The notes: generated by a model not told the origin, from the letters alone. A stretch of 64,000 bases of DNA from an uncultured Candidatus Saccharibacteria bacterium (GCA_964398775.1 CAYNND010000003.1:3879-67878), one strand, 5' to 3'; shown: positions 53,325 through 62,956, counted from the first letter of the stretch. Numbers and translations: made by a program.

Positions 53325-54275
53325 TTAAATAGTGTCAATATCATTAACTGCAAAATAGACACGAAGTGCCTCTTGTGCCATTTTAAGCTGTCGTTCAGCT
53401 TTTCCAAAATGTCCAAGTGCGCGGTAGCTGCCGATAATATCGTCGTACCCCTTGCTCATTCCCTCGAGTGCTGCACTTGTGTACATGAGGCCATTTATGA
53501 AATTGACATGATTTTCAACTGCATCGGTCGGCGTTTCAACATCAAGTAGCTTTTTTGCAACTACGACATATATTTTTGAGGCTTTGTTTAAGGCATCGAA
53601 GTCTTTTGGCTCATTTTTATCAACAGCACGAGCATATGTTTGCAGTTCATACTCAGGAATTTCCTTCAGCGGCTCAAGTGCTTTCTGAACTTGTGCACGA
53701 TATGTGAGTATGTGTTGTTTGGTTGAGTTAGTTTGACTGGCTATCTCTGCTGCTGTGTGTTGTGTGTACTTAAGCTCGCTCAGTGTTTTGATTGTGCTTT
53801 TGATGATAGCTTCCTTCTCTTTCTGCGTTACTTCACCGCTATTTGCTTGTTCCTGAAGGACATATGCCCCCACAAGTCTGTCAGCGGTTATTTCTGTAGT
53901 TGTTGTGCCAGCGGGGACGTTTCCATTTACTGCTTCAATAAAGCCTTTTTGGCGCTCCTTCTTCATTTCCTCAATCTCTGCTTTATCGTCAACTCCGTCG
54001 CCATCCGTATCTTTTTCCGATACGCTAGTCCCGTATAAGATTTCTTGCCAGTCCGGAGCTCCATCATTGTCAGCATCACCAGAGTCAGTTGGTGCAGGTT
54101 GCATATTTTTTGCCACTTCTGTTTGCGCCGCGACATCTTTCTTTTGAAAGTATGCAAAGATGCTACTCATGCTGATGACGGTGACTCCAGCTATAAGCGC
54201 GAGGACTACTTTTTGATGTTCTGACGCAAAGTGCATGGAGATAGTATAGCAGCCAATGCGCATTTCTTCGCACAA
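53325..54275 (-). CDS. Hypothetical membrane-anchored protein with acidic Ca-binding-like DxDxDG repeats
   Basis: 316 aa. TM VVLALIAGVTVISMSSIFAYF. DADNDGAPDWQE and DTDGDGVDDKAE segments resemble thrombospondin type-3 / calcium-binding loops. Confidence 0.4.
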   Translation of the reverse strand: MCEEMRIGCYTISMHFASEHQKVVLALIAGVTVISMSSIFAYFQKKDVAAQTEVAKNMQPAPTDSGDADNDGAPDWQEILYGTSVSEKDTDGDGVDDKAEIEEMKKERQKGFIEAVNGNVPAGTTTTEITADRLVGAYVLQEQANSGEVTQKEKEAIIKSTIKTLSELKYTQHTAAEIASQTNSTKQHILTYRAQVQKALEPLKEIPEYELQTYARAVDKNEPKDFDALNKASKIYVVVAKKLLDVETPTDAVENHVNFINGLMYTSAALEGMSKGYDDIIGSYRALGHFGKAERQLKMAQEALRVYFAVNDIDTI

Positions 54276-54299
54276 TAATGTGAGTAATTCTAGATGTGC

Positions 54300-55172
54300 C
54301 TACTGCCCAGTAACTGGTGGAGTAAATATCCCGCCCGGTTCATTTTCAGAAAATACAACGCCCTGGTCTTTAAACAAAAGAGCAAAAGTAATGAAGCTTG
54401 TTGCAAAGCCCTCTACGTTTGTATTGTAGGTGAGCATATTTTCATATGTACTCGAGTCGTCCGTCGAACGTTTCAAGACGCGTAAACCATCAGCAACACC
54501 TCTATACCCCGCGCTCAATGCATTTTTCTCCACTGAAAACACGTCAGGTCCATCAATCGCGTCAATATTTTTAGCAAGAATGTCGTAATCACTCGCAAGC
54601 TCATCTATATATGCTTTTCCTTCTGAGTCACGTGTCTGTGTAAACGCTCCAAGTTTGTCCGCTTGTTTGCTGTGAGCTAGTGTCAGCATCTGAATTTTCG
54701 TGCCTACAGCATTGCCAAATGCTCGGATTGCTTTCTTCGTCGCATCCTCCTCCTTGGGGGTATCCCAGGGGGTGAGCGTAATCTTTGTATTTGATTTCCA
54801 CATTTCACCAACGTTTACATACTCCGGTGTCGCAGTTGTCGTTTTTCCTGGCTGTTTTTTCGGAGTTTTTTCGTCTTCAGGCACTGTCTTAGGCTTGTAT
54901 TTTTCTGCCACTCCTTTGTCTTTTATAATTCCGTTCTCCCATGTATCACCAAATGCTTCCCTCTCAGATAATGAGCTGTCTTCGGGTCTCCATGGTGTGT
55001 ATTCACTTGTCGGAGTGTTTCCACCTACAATACCTCCGTCTTCGAATGTAAGTTCAGTATTCTTCTGTTCACTGAATTGCAATACTGCATATACAGTGAC
55101 CACTAGTATGGATGTCGCTGCTATACCTAAGTATCCAACCCATGTTCTCATAGTGGATAGTATATCTGACAA
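54300..55172 (-). CDS. Hypothetical membrane-anchored protein (last gene of T4SS-like cluster)
   Basis: 290 aa. N-terminal TM GYLGIAATSILVVTVYAVLQF. No recognised family. Confidence 0.4.
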   Translation of the reverse strand: MSDILSTMRTWVGYLGIAATSILVVTVYAVLQFSEQKNTELTFEDGGIVGGNTPTSEYTPWRPEDSSLSEREAFGDTWENGIIKDKGVAEKYKPKTVPEDEKTPKKQPGKTTTATPEYVNVGEMWKSNTKITLTPWDTPKEEDATKKAIRAFGNAVGTKIQMLTLAHSKQADKLGAFTQTRDSEGKAYIDELASDYDILAKNIDAIDGPDVFSVEKNALSAGYRGVADGLRVLKRSTDDSSTYENMLTYNTNVEGFATSFITFALLFKDQGVVFSENEPGGIFTPPVTGQ

Positions 55173-55195
55173 TTATCTATGCATGGTACACTATA

Positions 55196-55540
55196 TTGAT
55201 GAAGCAGTGCATATCTCGCCTTCTCGTTACTCTGTGCGTAGTCTCTACTTGCGTGACGGCAATGCCGCAGAAAACTGAGGCAGTTGTCTACTTTGGCGGG
55301 TCAATCGGTAGAATTATTTTTTGCATTAACAACGTTGTGTATGCAAACCTCGGAGCACCTCGTGGCGGTCCCTACCTCTGGTCACCAAAAGTAACAAAGA
55401 CATACCAATTTGGTCCACCGCGACGTTCTGGTCAGTGGCTCCTTGGTGCTGCGGGGCCAACATATTTCTGCATTGAATCAGTGCTTCCACTCATTGTGCA
55501 TCCCGGACTCCTCATTCTATTTATGGGCAGTAGCCAGTAA
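55196..55540 (+). CDS. Small secreted hydrophobic protein (114 aa), divergent from the T4SS-like cluster; second pilin-like candidate
   Basis: Signal peptide MMKQCISRLLVTLCVVSTCVTAMP. Two further hydrophobic stretches, the second C-terminal (VLPLIVHPGLLILFMG). Confidence 0.3.
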   Translation: MMKQCISRLLVTLCVVSTCVTAMPQKTEAVVYFGGSIGRIIFCINNVVYANLGAPRGGPYLWSPKVTKTYQFGPPRRSGQWLLGAAGPTYFCIESVLPLIVHPGLLILFMGSSQ

Positions 55541-55658
55541 TGAAAAGGCGCGAAGGCGCTTTCATACTAGACATTGAGTCGGAGCGTTATACGAACTTTG
55601 TGAGCGTAGTGAGGCGGGATTGCGACCGAGACGTTCGCGGGCGAATGCCAGTACTTTT

Positions 55659-56474
55659 CTATTTTCTCTTGAGTATCTGTGCAATACGAACCCACTGTTC
55701 ACAAGAAACATCTTCGCCGCGAATTGTATCAGTGAGGTCGCATGATTGTAGTGCGCTATCTATAGATGTTTGCGTGTATAGAGCTCGCAGGTTTCCTTTT
55801 AGTTGTTTTCTACGTGCAGCAAACCCAGCCTTTACTGCTGTAAAAAAATCTAATTCATCAAGTTCTTGAAATGCATTTTTGTGTATTGATCCAATATGTA
55901 GTATTGCTGAATCTACTGAAGGGGGTGGACTAAATGCACCAGCAGGAACGGTATCTATATATTGAGGTGTTCCGTATACTTTCACAGATAAAGAAAGAAT
56001 ACTTTCCTTTGGATCTCTCGCAATACGCTCTGCAACTTCTCGCTGCACAAGGAGTGTCATGCTGAGTGGCTGTGGTTCAATTGTAAGAAATTGTCTGATG
56101 ATTTCACCGGTAATGTAGTATGGAATATTTGCAATAACTTTGTATCGCTCACCAGCGCACAACGCCTCAAGCGTATCAGAGTCAAGTGCCCGAACATCGC
56201 CTGTAATCAGCACTAAACGTCCAGAACTAATCTCTGCACTGAAGCGCTCCGTTAGTACTGCTACCATATCCGCATCTTTTTCTATTGCAAGAACTCGAGC
56301 GCCTGTTGCAAGTAGTGGAGCAGTGAGTGCACCTCTTCCTGGGCCAATCTCGAGAACTGTGTCTTTTGTGTTTAACGAACCTGCAGTAACGATTTGTTTC
56401 AGTGCTTTTTCTGAAGTAAGGAAATGCTGCCCAAGACTTTTCTTTGCGTATACCATACTTATAGTATGTACCAC
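55659..56474 (-). CDS. rsmA: 16S rRNA (adenine1518/1519-N6)-dimethyltransferase
   Basis: 271 aa. KSLGQHFLTSEKALKQIV N-terminus. SAM-binding VLEIGPGRGALT. NIPYYIT motif of the KsgA/Dim1 family. Confidence 0.85.
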   Translation of the reverse strand: MVHTISMVYAKKSLGQHFLTSEKALKQIVTAGSLNTKDTVLEIGPGRGALTAPLLATGARVLAIEKDADMVAVLTERFSAEISSGRLVLITGDVRALDSDTLEALCAGERYKVIANIPYYITGEIIRQFLTIEPQPLSMTLLVQREVAERIARDPKESILSLSVKVYGTPQYIDTVPAGAFSPPPSVDSAILHIGSIHKNAFQELDELDFFTAVKAGFAARRKQLKGNLRALYTQTSIDSALQSCDLTDTIRGEDVSCEQWVRIAQILKRK

Positions 56475-56513
56475 TGAGCAAGTACATCCAAATACATTCC
56501 CAAATCTCTGGGC

Positions 56514-58454
56514 TTAGAAATCGATAAGGTCCATAGGCCCTCGCTCTCTTGAGCCAGAGCTGCGCTCGTCACTATAGATATGCTCCTCTGGGATATCGGA
56601 TATAAATTCAGAAGGAACAGTTACATGAGTTTGTCCATAGATGGTACGCATCATCGCATAAGATAGGTGGAGAACCTTTCTCGCGCGTGTTATTGCAACA
56701 TACATGAGTCTCCGCTCCTCTTCCTCGTCCCTATGCTCGTCACCGTGGTCGCTCGGAAACACTCCCTGCTCAAGCCCCACCAAAAAAACATGTTCAAACT
56801 CAAGTCCTTTTGCGGCATGTATGGTCATCAATTTTACAGTTGACTGCGTTGCTTCAAGGGAGTCTTGATCTGCGGCGAGCGCAGCGTCATCGAGAAAATG
56901 CATAATTCCTTCGGGGAGTGACTCGTTGTCATATTTTGTTGCGAGTGTAACCAATTCGCGCATGTTCTGTATGCGCTCTTCTCCATCCGTATCTTTCTTA
57001 TAGTGCATATCAAGACCACTTTCTTGAATTACAAAAGTAATCACATCAGAGGGTTTAAGTGTTGTGCACGCATGTCTGATACGACCAAGCAATGATTCAA
57101 ATCCTTCAACTTTCATGCGTAGTGCGGGAGTGAGTGATGCATGATCAGCCATCAACACTTTTGCGAGAGTTGTTTTTCCGATACCCCTCGGTGGTGTACT
57201 CGCTGCACGAGAATAGTCTCCTGGCGCAATTGTGTTTTGTGCTGCACGCACATACGAGATAACATCCTTTACTTCTTGTCGTTCAAAAAATCTTGTCCCA
57301 AGCACTTGATACGGAACGTCATGTCGCAAGCATGCGTCTTCAAGAGCGCGTGATAAAAAGTTCGCACGGTACAGTACTGCAATCTCAGATGCTGCTGTCC
57401 CTTCTTCAATTAATGTGCGCATTGATTCTGCAACGTAGCGCGCTTCATCGTCCCCTGTGTATGACTGGTGCAGTGTTATGTGCGCACCTTCAACATTTTT
57501 AGTAAATAATTGTTTTTCTTTTCGTTTTGCGTTTTTTGCAATTACTGCATTTGCAGCGTCGAGGATGCGTTGTGTTGAACGGTAGTTTTCTTCAAGGACT
57601 ATAACAGTTGTGTTCGGGAATTCTTTTTCAAATGACAGCAAATTTTCAAGCTGCGCCCCGCGCCATGAATAGATAAGCTGATCTGTATCGCCCACCGCAC
57701 AGATGTTATTACCAGGCCCAGTCAGCAATTGCGCAATTTGGAATTGTATTGCATTTGTATCTTGGTACTCATCAATATGTATGTAGCGCCATCTGCGGTG
57801 CAGAATCTCGCGCACTTCAGGATGTGTGAGTAACAAGTGTGCGGTTTTGGAAAGTAAATCATCAAAATCGAGCGCGTGCTCTTTTGAAAGTTTTAGGTCA
57901 TAGAGTCTCATGACTGCGCCTGCGAGTGTTTTCCATGGGTTGTGTGGATCGCGAACAAGGTGTTCATACGAGTGACCGTCACCTTTTGTGCGTGAAATGA
58001 TACTCAATATCTGCCGGGGCTCGTATGTTTTTGGATCATATCCAAGCTCAATGATTATTTCCTTTACCGCCCGCATACTCTCTGTTCGGTCATAGATTGT
58101 GAAGTGTCGGTGCAAACCAATAACATGTGAAAACTCTCTGAGTAGTGATACTCCCAATGAGTGAAAAGTCGACATAAACGGTCGTGTCATACCTGTTGCG
58201 AGCGCATCTACTGGGCGGTTGATGCTTGGGTCTTTTGCCAGTAGGTCCAGCACTCGTTCGCGCATCTCTTTTGCGGCTTTATTGGTAAACGTAATAGCAA
58301 GTATTTCATCTGGGGCGACCCCAGTGCGTATAAGTTGGACAATCCGTTCAGTGATTGTTCGTGTTTTGCCTGTCCCCGCCCCAGCAATAATAAGGAGTGG
58401 ACCATCTACATGTGTGACTGCGAGTTTCTGTGCATCGTTGAGTCCGTGAAGCAT
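56514..58454 (-). CDS. ATP-dependent DNA helicase, UvrD/PcrA/Rep superfamily 1
   Basis: 646 aa. Helicase motif I LLIIAGAGTGKTRTITERI. DEYQDTN. TFTNKAAKEM. TIHAAKGLEFEHVF. VAITRARK. Confidence 0.9.
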   Translation of the reverse strand: MLHGLNDAQKLAVTHVDGPLLIIAGAGTGKTRTITERIVQLIRTGVAPDEILAITFTNKAAKEMRERVLDLLAKDPSINRPVDALATGMTRPFMSTFHSLGVSLLREFSHVIGLHRHFTIYDRTESMRAVKEIIIELGYDPKTYEPRQILSIISRTKGDGHSYEHLVRDPHNPWKTLAGAVMRLYDLKLSKEHALDFDDLLSKTAHLLLTHPEVREILHRRWRYIHIDEYQDTNAIQFQIAQLLTGPGNNICAVGDTDQLIYSWRGAQLENLLSFEKEFPNTTVIVLEENYRSTQRILDAANAVIAKNAKRKEKQLFTKNVEGAHITLHQSYTGDDEARYVAESMRTLIEEGTAASEIAVLYRANFLSRALEDACLRHDVPYQVLGTRFFERQEVKDVISYVRAAQNTIAPGDYSRAASTPPRGIGKTTLAKVLMADHASLTPALRMKVEGFESLLGRIRHACTTLKPSDVITFVIQESGLDMHYKKDTDGEERIQNMRELVTLATKYDNESLPEGIMHFLDDAALAADQDSLEATQSTVKLMTIHAAKGLEFEHVFLVGLEQGVFPSDHGDEHRDEEEERRLMYVAITRARKVLHLSYAMMRTIYGQTHVTVPSEFISDIPEEHIYSDERSSGSRERGPMDLIDF

Positions 58455-58525
58455 CGCGGTACTGTACCACGCACCGCTCCCCCAAGGAATAAATCACTGG
58501 GGAACTCCACAGGGTATCTCATGTA

Positions 58526-58534
58526 TGATATAAT
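58526..58534 (+). promoter_or_regulatory. Extended -10 promoter (TGATATAAT) positioned for a leaderless HTH-murA transcript
   Basis: TGnTATAAT ends 6 nt before the ATG at 58541. The predicted TSS therefore coincides with or lies within 1-2 nt of the start codon. There is no SD. Confidence 0.45.
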
Positions 58535-58540
58535 GAGAAA

Positions 58541-60058
58541 ATGTCAAAACACAATCCTCATGAGCAAATCGCATTGCTTATTCGCGAGTTGCGACAAAAA
58601 AAAGGTTTAACCCAAAAAGAGTTTGCTGATAAGCTCAATACAAGTCAAAGCGCAGTCGCGCGCATCGAAAAAGGTGAGCAAAATTTATCTACAGCGCAGA
58701 TTGTGAAAATTAGTGATGTTTTGAATCATAAGATACTCTCCATCTCAAGAAGTACTGACTTTCGTATTGAGGGGGGGCACCAGCTCAAAGGTTCTGTGGC
58801 TACTAATACCTCAAAAAATGGTGCGCTCGGGCTACTCGCTGCATCACTGCTCAACAAGGGCACAACAATCCTTCATGGAATCCCTCGGATTGAAGAAGTT
58901 GCGCGCATGCTTGAAGTCCTCAAGAGTATCGGGGTTACGATAGAGCATCATGGTGAGCAGACAATCAAAATCATTCCGCCAAAAAAGTTTGCTCTCGAGT
59001 CAATTCTTGCCGAGTCTGCTAAACGCATGCGCTCAGTACTCATGCTTATCGGGCCCTTACTGCATCATGAGAAGAAGTTCGGTCTCCCACATGCAGGGGG
59101 GTGCAATATGGGAGAAAGAACAATCTCTGCGCACGAACATGGGCTGCAAGCGCTCGGGGTTACGATAGAGACCGCTGCGCATGAGTACGTCATAAGCCAT
59201 AAAAAGCTTGCCCCCGCTGAAATTATTATGTATGAAGCTAGTGACACCGCTGCAATTAATGTGTTACTTGCGGCAGCTCTCATACCCGGAACAACGGTCA
59301 TTAAGTATGCGCCACCAAACTATCAAGTGCAGGACGTATGCTTTTTCCTTGAACGCGCTGGTGTACGCATTGAGGGCATAGGTACAACCACGCTTACTGT
59401 GCACGGGGTATCCGAGATTGACGCTCACCTTGAGCACTATAATAGTGAAGACCCAATTGAATCCATGATGTTTATCGCGGCGGCCGCAACTACTCATTCG
59501 ACGCTCACCATCACCCGTGCTCCAATCGACTTTCTTGAGACTGAGCTATTGAAGCTTCAGTATATGGGCTTACAGACAACACTAGGTGCACCATACCTAT
59601 CAAAAAACGGTAGAACTAAGCTTGTTGATATTACAGTACATCCATCACACCTCGTGGCTTCTCCTGTAAAGATTCACCCGCTTCCATACCCAGGCTTAAA
59701 TATAGACAATCTCCCTTTCTTTGTGCCCATTGCCTCTCAGGCTGAAGGGACGACACTTATTCATGACTGGACGTGGGAAAATAGAGCTATATATTTCACT
59801 GAATTAAACCGATTGGGTGCGGACGTAAAGCTTGCCGACCCACACCGAGTATTCGTAACAGGACCAACCCCCCTCCGAGCTGCCCAGGTGGTTGCCCCCC
59901 CAGCACTTCGCCCCGCGATGATAGTTCTGATTGCCATGCTTGCCGCAAAAGGGACCTCAGTACTCCGAAATGTGTACTCGATTGAGCGCGGTTATGAACG
60001 CATCGCCGAGCGTCTCTCGGAGATAGGGGCAAAAGTTGACACATTGACGGATATATAG
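58541..60058 (+). CDS. murA: Fusion of an XRE-family helix-turn-helix domain with UDP-N-acetylglucosamine 1-carboxyvinyltransferase (MurA)
   Basis: 505 aa. Residues ~5-70 are a Cro/C1-type HTH (LTQKEFADKLNTSQSAVARIEKGEQNLSTAQIVKISDVL). The rest is MurA: GGHQLKGSVATNTSKNGALGLLAASLL, catalytic-Cys loop HAGGCNMGERT, and the two-domain inside-out alpha/beta fold length. Confidence 0.8.
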   Translation: MSKHNPHEQIALLIRELRQKKGLTQKEFADKLNTSQSAVARIEKGEQNLSTAQIVKISDVLNHKILSISRSTDFRIEGGHQLKGSVATNTSKNGALGLLAASLLNKGTTILHGIPRIEEVARMLEVLKSIGVTIEHHGEQTIKIIPPKKFALESILAESAKRMRSVLMLIGPLLHHEKKFGLPHAGGCNMGERTISAHEHGLQALGVTIETAAHEYVISHKKLAPAEIIMYEASDTAAINVLLAAALIPGTTVIKYAPPNYQVQDVCFFLERAGVRIEGIGTTTLTVHGVSEIDAHLEHYNSEDPIESMMFIAAAATTHSTLTITRAPIDFLETELLKLQYMGLQTTLGAPYLSKNGRTKLVDITVHPSHLVASPVKIHPLPYPGLNIDNLPFFVPIASQAEGTTLIHDWTWENRAIYFTELNRLGADVKLADPHRVFVTGPTPLRAAQVVAPPALRPAMIVLIAMLAAKGTSVLRNVYSIERGYERIAERLSEIGAKVDTLTDI

Positions 60059-60082
60059 TCGTGCATTTTTTCAGCAAAAACA

Positions 60083-60109
60083 AAAATGGCTTATAATAAA
60101 GCCATTTTT
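60083..60109 (+). terminator. Rho-independent terminator after HTH-murA
   Basis: AAAATGGCTT-ATAATA-AAGCCATTTT followed by TA. 10-bp AT-rich stem. Confidence 0.5.
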
Positions 60110-60375
60110 AGTAAAAAAAGTTGACAAATTGTTTTTTTATGTTTTTTGGTTGACAGTGTACCCTATCCACAGTACTCTTCCACACGCCCACTAATTGACC
60201 CTAAAGCAGGATACAATTGCGGGACGCGGGACCATTCCCGATAGAACCACCGAACGACACCCTGACAGAACGAGAGTTTACCCCTTAACACATACGTATA
60301 GAAACGAATAAAGTACATGGTAACGCTCAGCGGATACGCCGAAACGCGCTTATCCGATCGACTTGCATATCACTA
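60110..60375 (+). promoter_or_regulatory. Long non-coding 5' leader (~265 nt) upstream of the LysM-M23 peptidase gene; candidate riboswitch/attenuator
   Basis: No ORF over 60 aa in any frame. Two TTGACA hexamers (60121, 60150). Hairpin CGGATACGC-CGAAAC-GCGCTTATCCG (60331-60358) lies immediately 5' of the start. Upstream in-frame stop at 60286 and the first possible start is TTG 60376. Confidence 0.35.
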
Positions 60376-61359
60376 TTGTGTTTTGTAGTCGCAGCGCTTC
60401 CCCAACGCTCAGATGCTGCGATACTCAGTAAGATTTTGAGTGTTTTTAATGACGAGCCTATTGTGTATGAATCAGGTGAGGAGTATACATCTCAAACCAT
60501 CCCACTCCCTAAATCTAATAGAAATATTGACCCAAGTGGTGTCGGCGGAGGAGATATAACAGTCATGGGCTCAGCCCTTGTCTCGGATATGGGGCCTGCA
60601 GGTATCATCACTGACCTCACTGAGGGTACAAAGAACGGTGAAATTACCGTATATGTCGTACAAAAAGGTGATACTATCGAAGGAATTGCGAAGCAGTTCA
60701 ATGTCTCTAAAAATACAATTCGTTGGGCAAACGACCTGAAGAGTAATACTATAAAAATAGGTCAAAAGCTCGTCATTCTCCCAGTCTCTGGTATACGTTA
60801 TACAGTTAAACGAGGAGGTACTGTTCGAGATATCGTTAAGAAGTACGGTGGAGATATCGAAGAAGTTGCTTCATATAACGGAGTTGATGCTGATGAGGAG
60901 CTTGCGGCAGGCACTGAGGTTATCGTTCCACACGGTGAAATACCTGATGAACCAAAGAAATCAATAGCACGCAAGCCCGGAAAAGTTGTCGGTAAGGATG
61001 CACCTCGATACGCTGGCTTCTACACTCACCCTCTTGCGGGTCTCGGTGTCCGTACGCAAGGTCTTCATGGATATAATGCTGTAGATATCGGTGTGCCCGT
61101 TGGAACCCCAGTTGTTGCTGCGGCGGGAGGTGAAGTAATTCTTTCAAAGCCGCTTGCGTGGAATGGAGGCTATGGGTCATATATTGCGGTCAGACACAGC
61201 AATGGAACACAGACGCTCTATGCGCACCTCTCTCAAACATCAGTCCGTGTAGGCGACACTGTAGAACAGGGTGATCTGCTCGGCTACTCAGGAAACTCAG
61301 GGAAATCATCAGGTCCGCATCTGCACTTTGAGGTTCGTGGAGCGCAAAACCCATTCTAA
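60376..61359 (+). CDS. LysM-LysM-M23 (lysostaphin-like) peptidoglycan endopeptidase
   Basis: Two LysM repeats (VYVVQKGDTIEGIAKQFNVSKNTIRWANDL and YTVKRGGTVRDIVKKYGGDIEEVASYNGV). M23 motifs HxxxD region (GYNAVDIGVPVGTPV) and HLHFEV. The start codon is uncertain (TTG at 60376 is the first in-frame candidate). Confidence 0.8.
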   Translation: MCFVVAALPQRSDAAILSKILSVFNDEPIVYESGEEYTSQTIPLPKSNRNIDPSGVGGGDITVMGSALVSDMGPAGIITDLTEGTKNGEITVYVVQKGDTIEGIAKQFNVSKNTIRWANDLKSNTIKIGQKLVILPVSGIRYTVKRGGTVRDIVKKYGGDIEEVASYNGVDADEELAAGTEVIVPHGEIPDEPKKSIARKPGKVVGKDAPRYAGFYTHPLAGLGVRTQGLHGYNAVDIGVPVGTPVVAAAGGEVILSKPLAWNGGYGSYIAVRHSNGTQTLYAHLSQTSVRVGDTVEQGDLLGYSGNSGKSSGPHLHFEVRGAQNPF

Positions 61360-62912
61360 GTTTGCAGTTGAGCTCGGTACTGCAATGCTTCAAGTATGTG
61401 GGCATCGGTAATTTTGCTGCTCCCCTCTAAGTCTGCAATTGTGCGAGATACGCGCATAACTCGGTGTATTCCTCTCGGAGAAAGGTGGAGCCGGTCAGCA
61501 GCCTTTTTTAAAATACTTTTCTGATGCTCAGTAAGAGCTATGTGATTACTAAGCGTACGAGCACTCAGTTCACTATTTAAGAAAAACGTTTCTTGAGCAT
61601 ATCGCTGTTTCTGCAGTGCGCGTGCATGTTGTACATGTGTTCGAGCTTGTTCAGTCTCAATGCTCTCGTTTCGTCTGGTATCCATGAGAGCATCATGCGA
61701 AACAGGAAGAACTTCCACCCACATATCGATTCTATCCATAATTGGACCAGAGATTTTTCTTTGGTACTTTTGGATTGCATGTGCGCTACAGGTGCACCGA
61801 GGTCCTTCTCCGTGTCCACATGGGCAAGGGTTGAGTGCTGCAACTAAAATGAAGCGCGAAGGAAAGCGAACTGAGCCACGAGCGCGAGAAATCGTTACAA
61901 GCCCATCCTCAAGTGGCTGCCGCAATGAATTTATTACTTTCGGCTCAAATTCGGCAAACTCGTCAAGAAAAAGAACGCCCCGATGAGCGAGTGTTACCTC
62001 TCCTGGTTTTGGTATTGCACCACCACCGACGATTGAGACATACGAGCCGGTATGGTGAGGGGTCCGAAACGGTGGAGTGAGGTCGCCTGAGTCTCGGGCT
62101 ATTCCCGCGACTGAGTGTATGCTATGAACTGCGATTGCTTCTTCATCAGTAAGATCAGGAAGTATTGATGCAAGTGCTCGTGCGAGCATCGTCTTCCCTG
62201 TTCCTGGAGGGCCAAAGAATGCGATATTATGCCCACCAGCAGCAGCAATCATGAGCCCGCGCTTTGCATGATGTTGCCCGAGTATCTCATCAAGTGTATT
62301 ACCGGGCAGCACATCTTTCCTCTTGTTGCTTTTTTGTGTTGCTTTCTGTAAAACGGCCCCAGTTTGTATGTCTGAATCCTCTCGAGGTTTTGTATTTATG
62401 TGAGCTATGAGTTGCGCAAGTGACTCATATCCATAGACCGCAACTCCTGCAATACGAGCAGCCTCAGACACATTCTGCATGGGTACATATACCTCGTGTA
62501 TCCCAGCTTCTTGAGCTGAACGTGTTATTGGTAGTGCACCGTGGATTGCCCGAGCTGAGCCATCAAGGCCAAGCTCTCCAACAAAAAGCCGACTGCTTGC
62601 ATCAAACTCTATTTCCTCTGAAGCAAGTAGATACGAGAGTGCGATTGGTACATCAAATAGAGCTCCTTCTTTTTTGACCGATGCAGGTGCGAGTGAAATA
62701 ACAACCTTTTTGTTTGAATGCTTGGGTGATGAAAAACCTGAGTTCTTGAGTGCGGCCCCGACTCTGTCGCGAGCCTCCTCAACGGCCTTATCCGGTAAGC
62801 CAACAATTGAAAACGCATGTATTCCATGCGTGTAATCAGCTTCTACAGTAATAATATGTGCATCAAGTAGGTTTGGCTGCGCACTGAGCACTTTACCAAA
62901 GTGACGTATCAT
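61356..62912 (-). CDS. comM: YifB/ComM-family Mg-chelatase-like AAA+ ATPase
   Basis: 518 aa. N-terminal Lon-protease-like ChlI domain. Walker A IAFFGPPGTGKTMLARAL and Walker B VLFLDEFAEF. C-terminal Mg_chelatase_C. Confidence 0.85.
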   Translation of the reverse strand: MIRHFGKVLSAQPNLLDAHIITVEADYTHGIHAFSIVGLPDKAVEEARDRVGAALKNSGFSSPKHSNKKVVISLAPASVKKEGALFDVPIALSYLLASEEIEFDASSRLFVGELGLDGSARAIHGALPITRSAQEAGIHEVYVPMQNVSEAARIAGVAVYGYESLAQLIAHINTKPREDSDIQTGAVLQKATQKSNKRKDVLPGNTLDEILGQHHAKRGLMIAAAGGHNIAFFGPPGTGKTMLARALASILPDLTDEEAIAVHSIHSVAGIARDSGDLTPPFRTPHHTGSYVSIVGGGAIPKPGEVTLAHRGVLFLDEFAEFEPKVINSLRQPLEDGLVTISRARGSVRFPSRFILVAALNPCPCGHGEGPRCTCSAHAIQKYQRKISGPIMDRIDMWVEVLPVSHDALMDTRRNESIETEQARTHVQHARALQKQRYAQETFFLNSELSARTLSNHIALTEHQKSILKKAADRLHLSPRGIHRVMRVSRTIADLEGSSKITDAHILEALQYRAQLQT

Positions 62913-62956
62913 ACAATGAAGAGTATACCGTAGAGTTGTGTATCCTCATGACGACA

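Noticed and set aside
55545-55570. Hairpin AAAGGCGC-GAAG-GCGCTTTC after the small plus-strand gene
   Set aside because: Short stem with a wobble and no convincing U-tract. Too weak to call a terminator.
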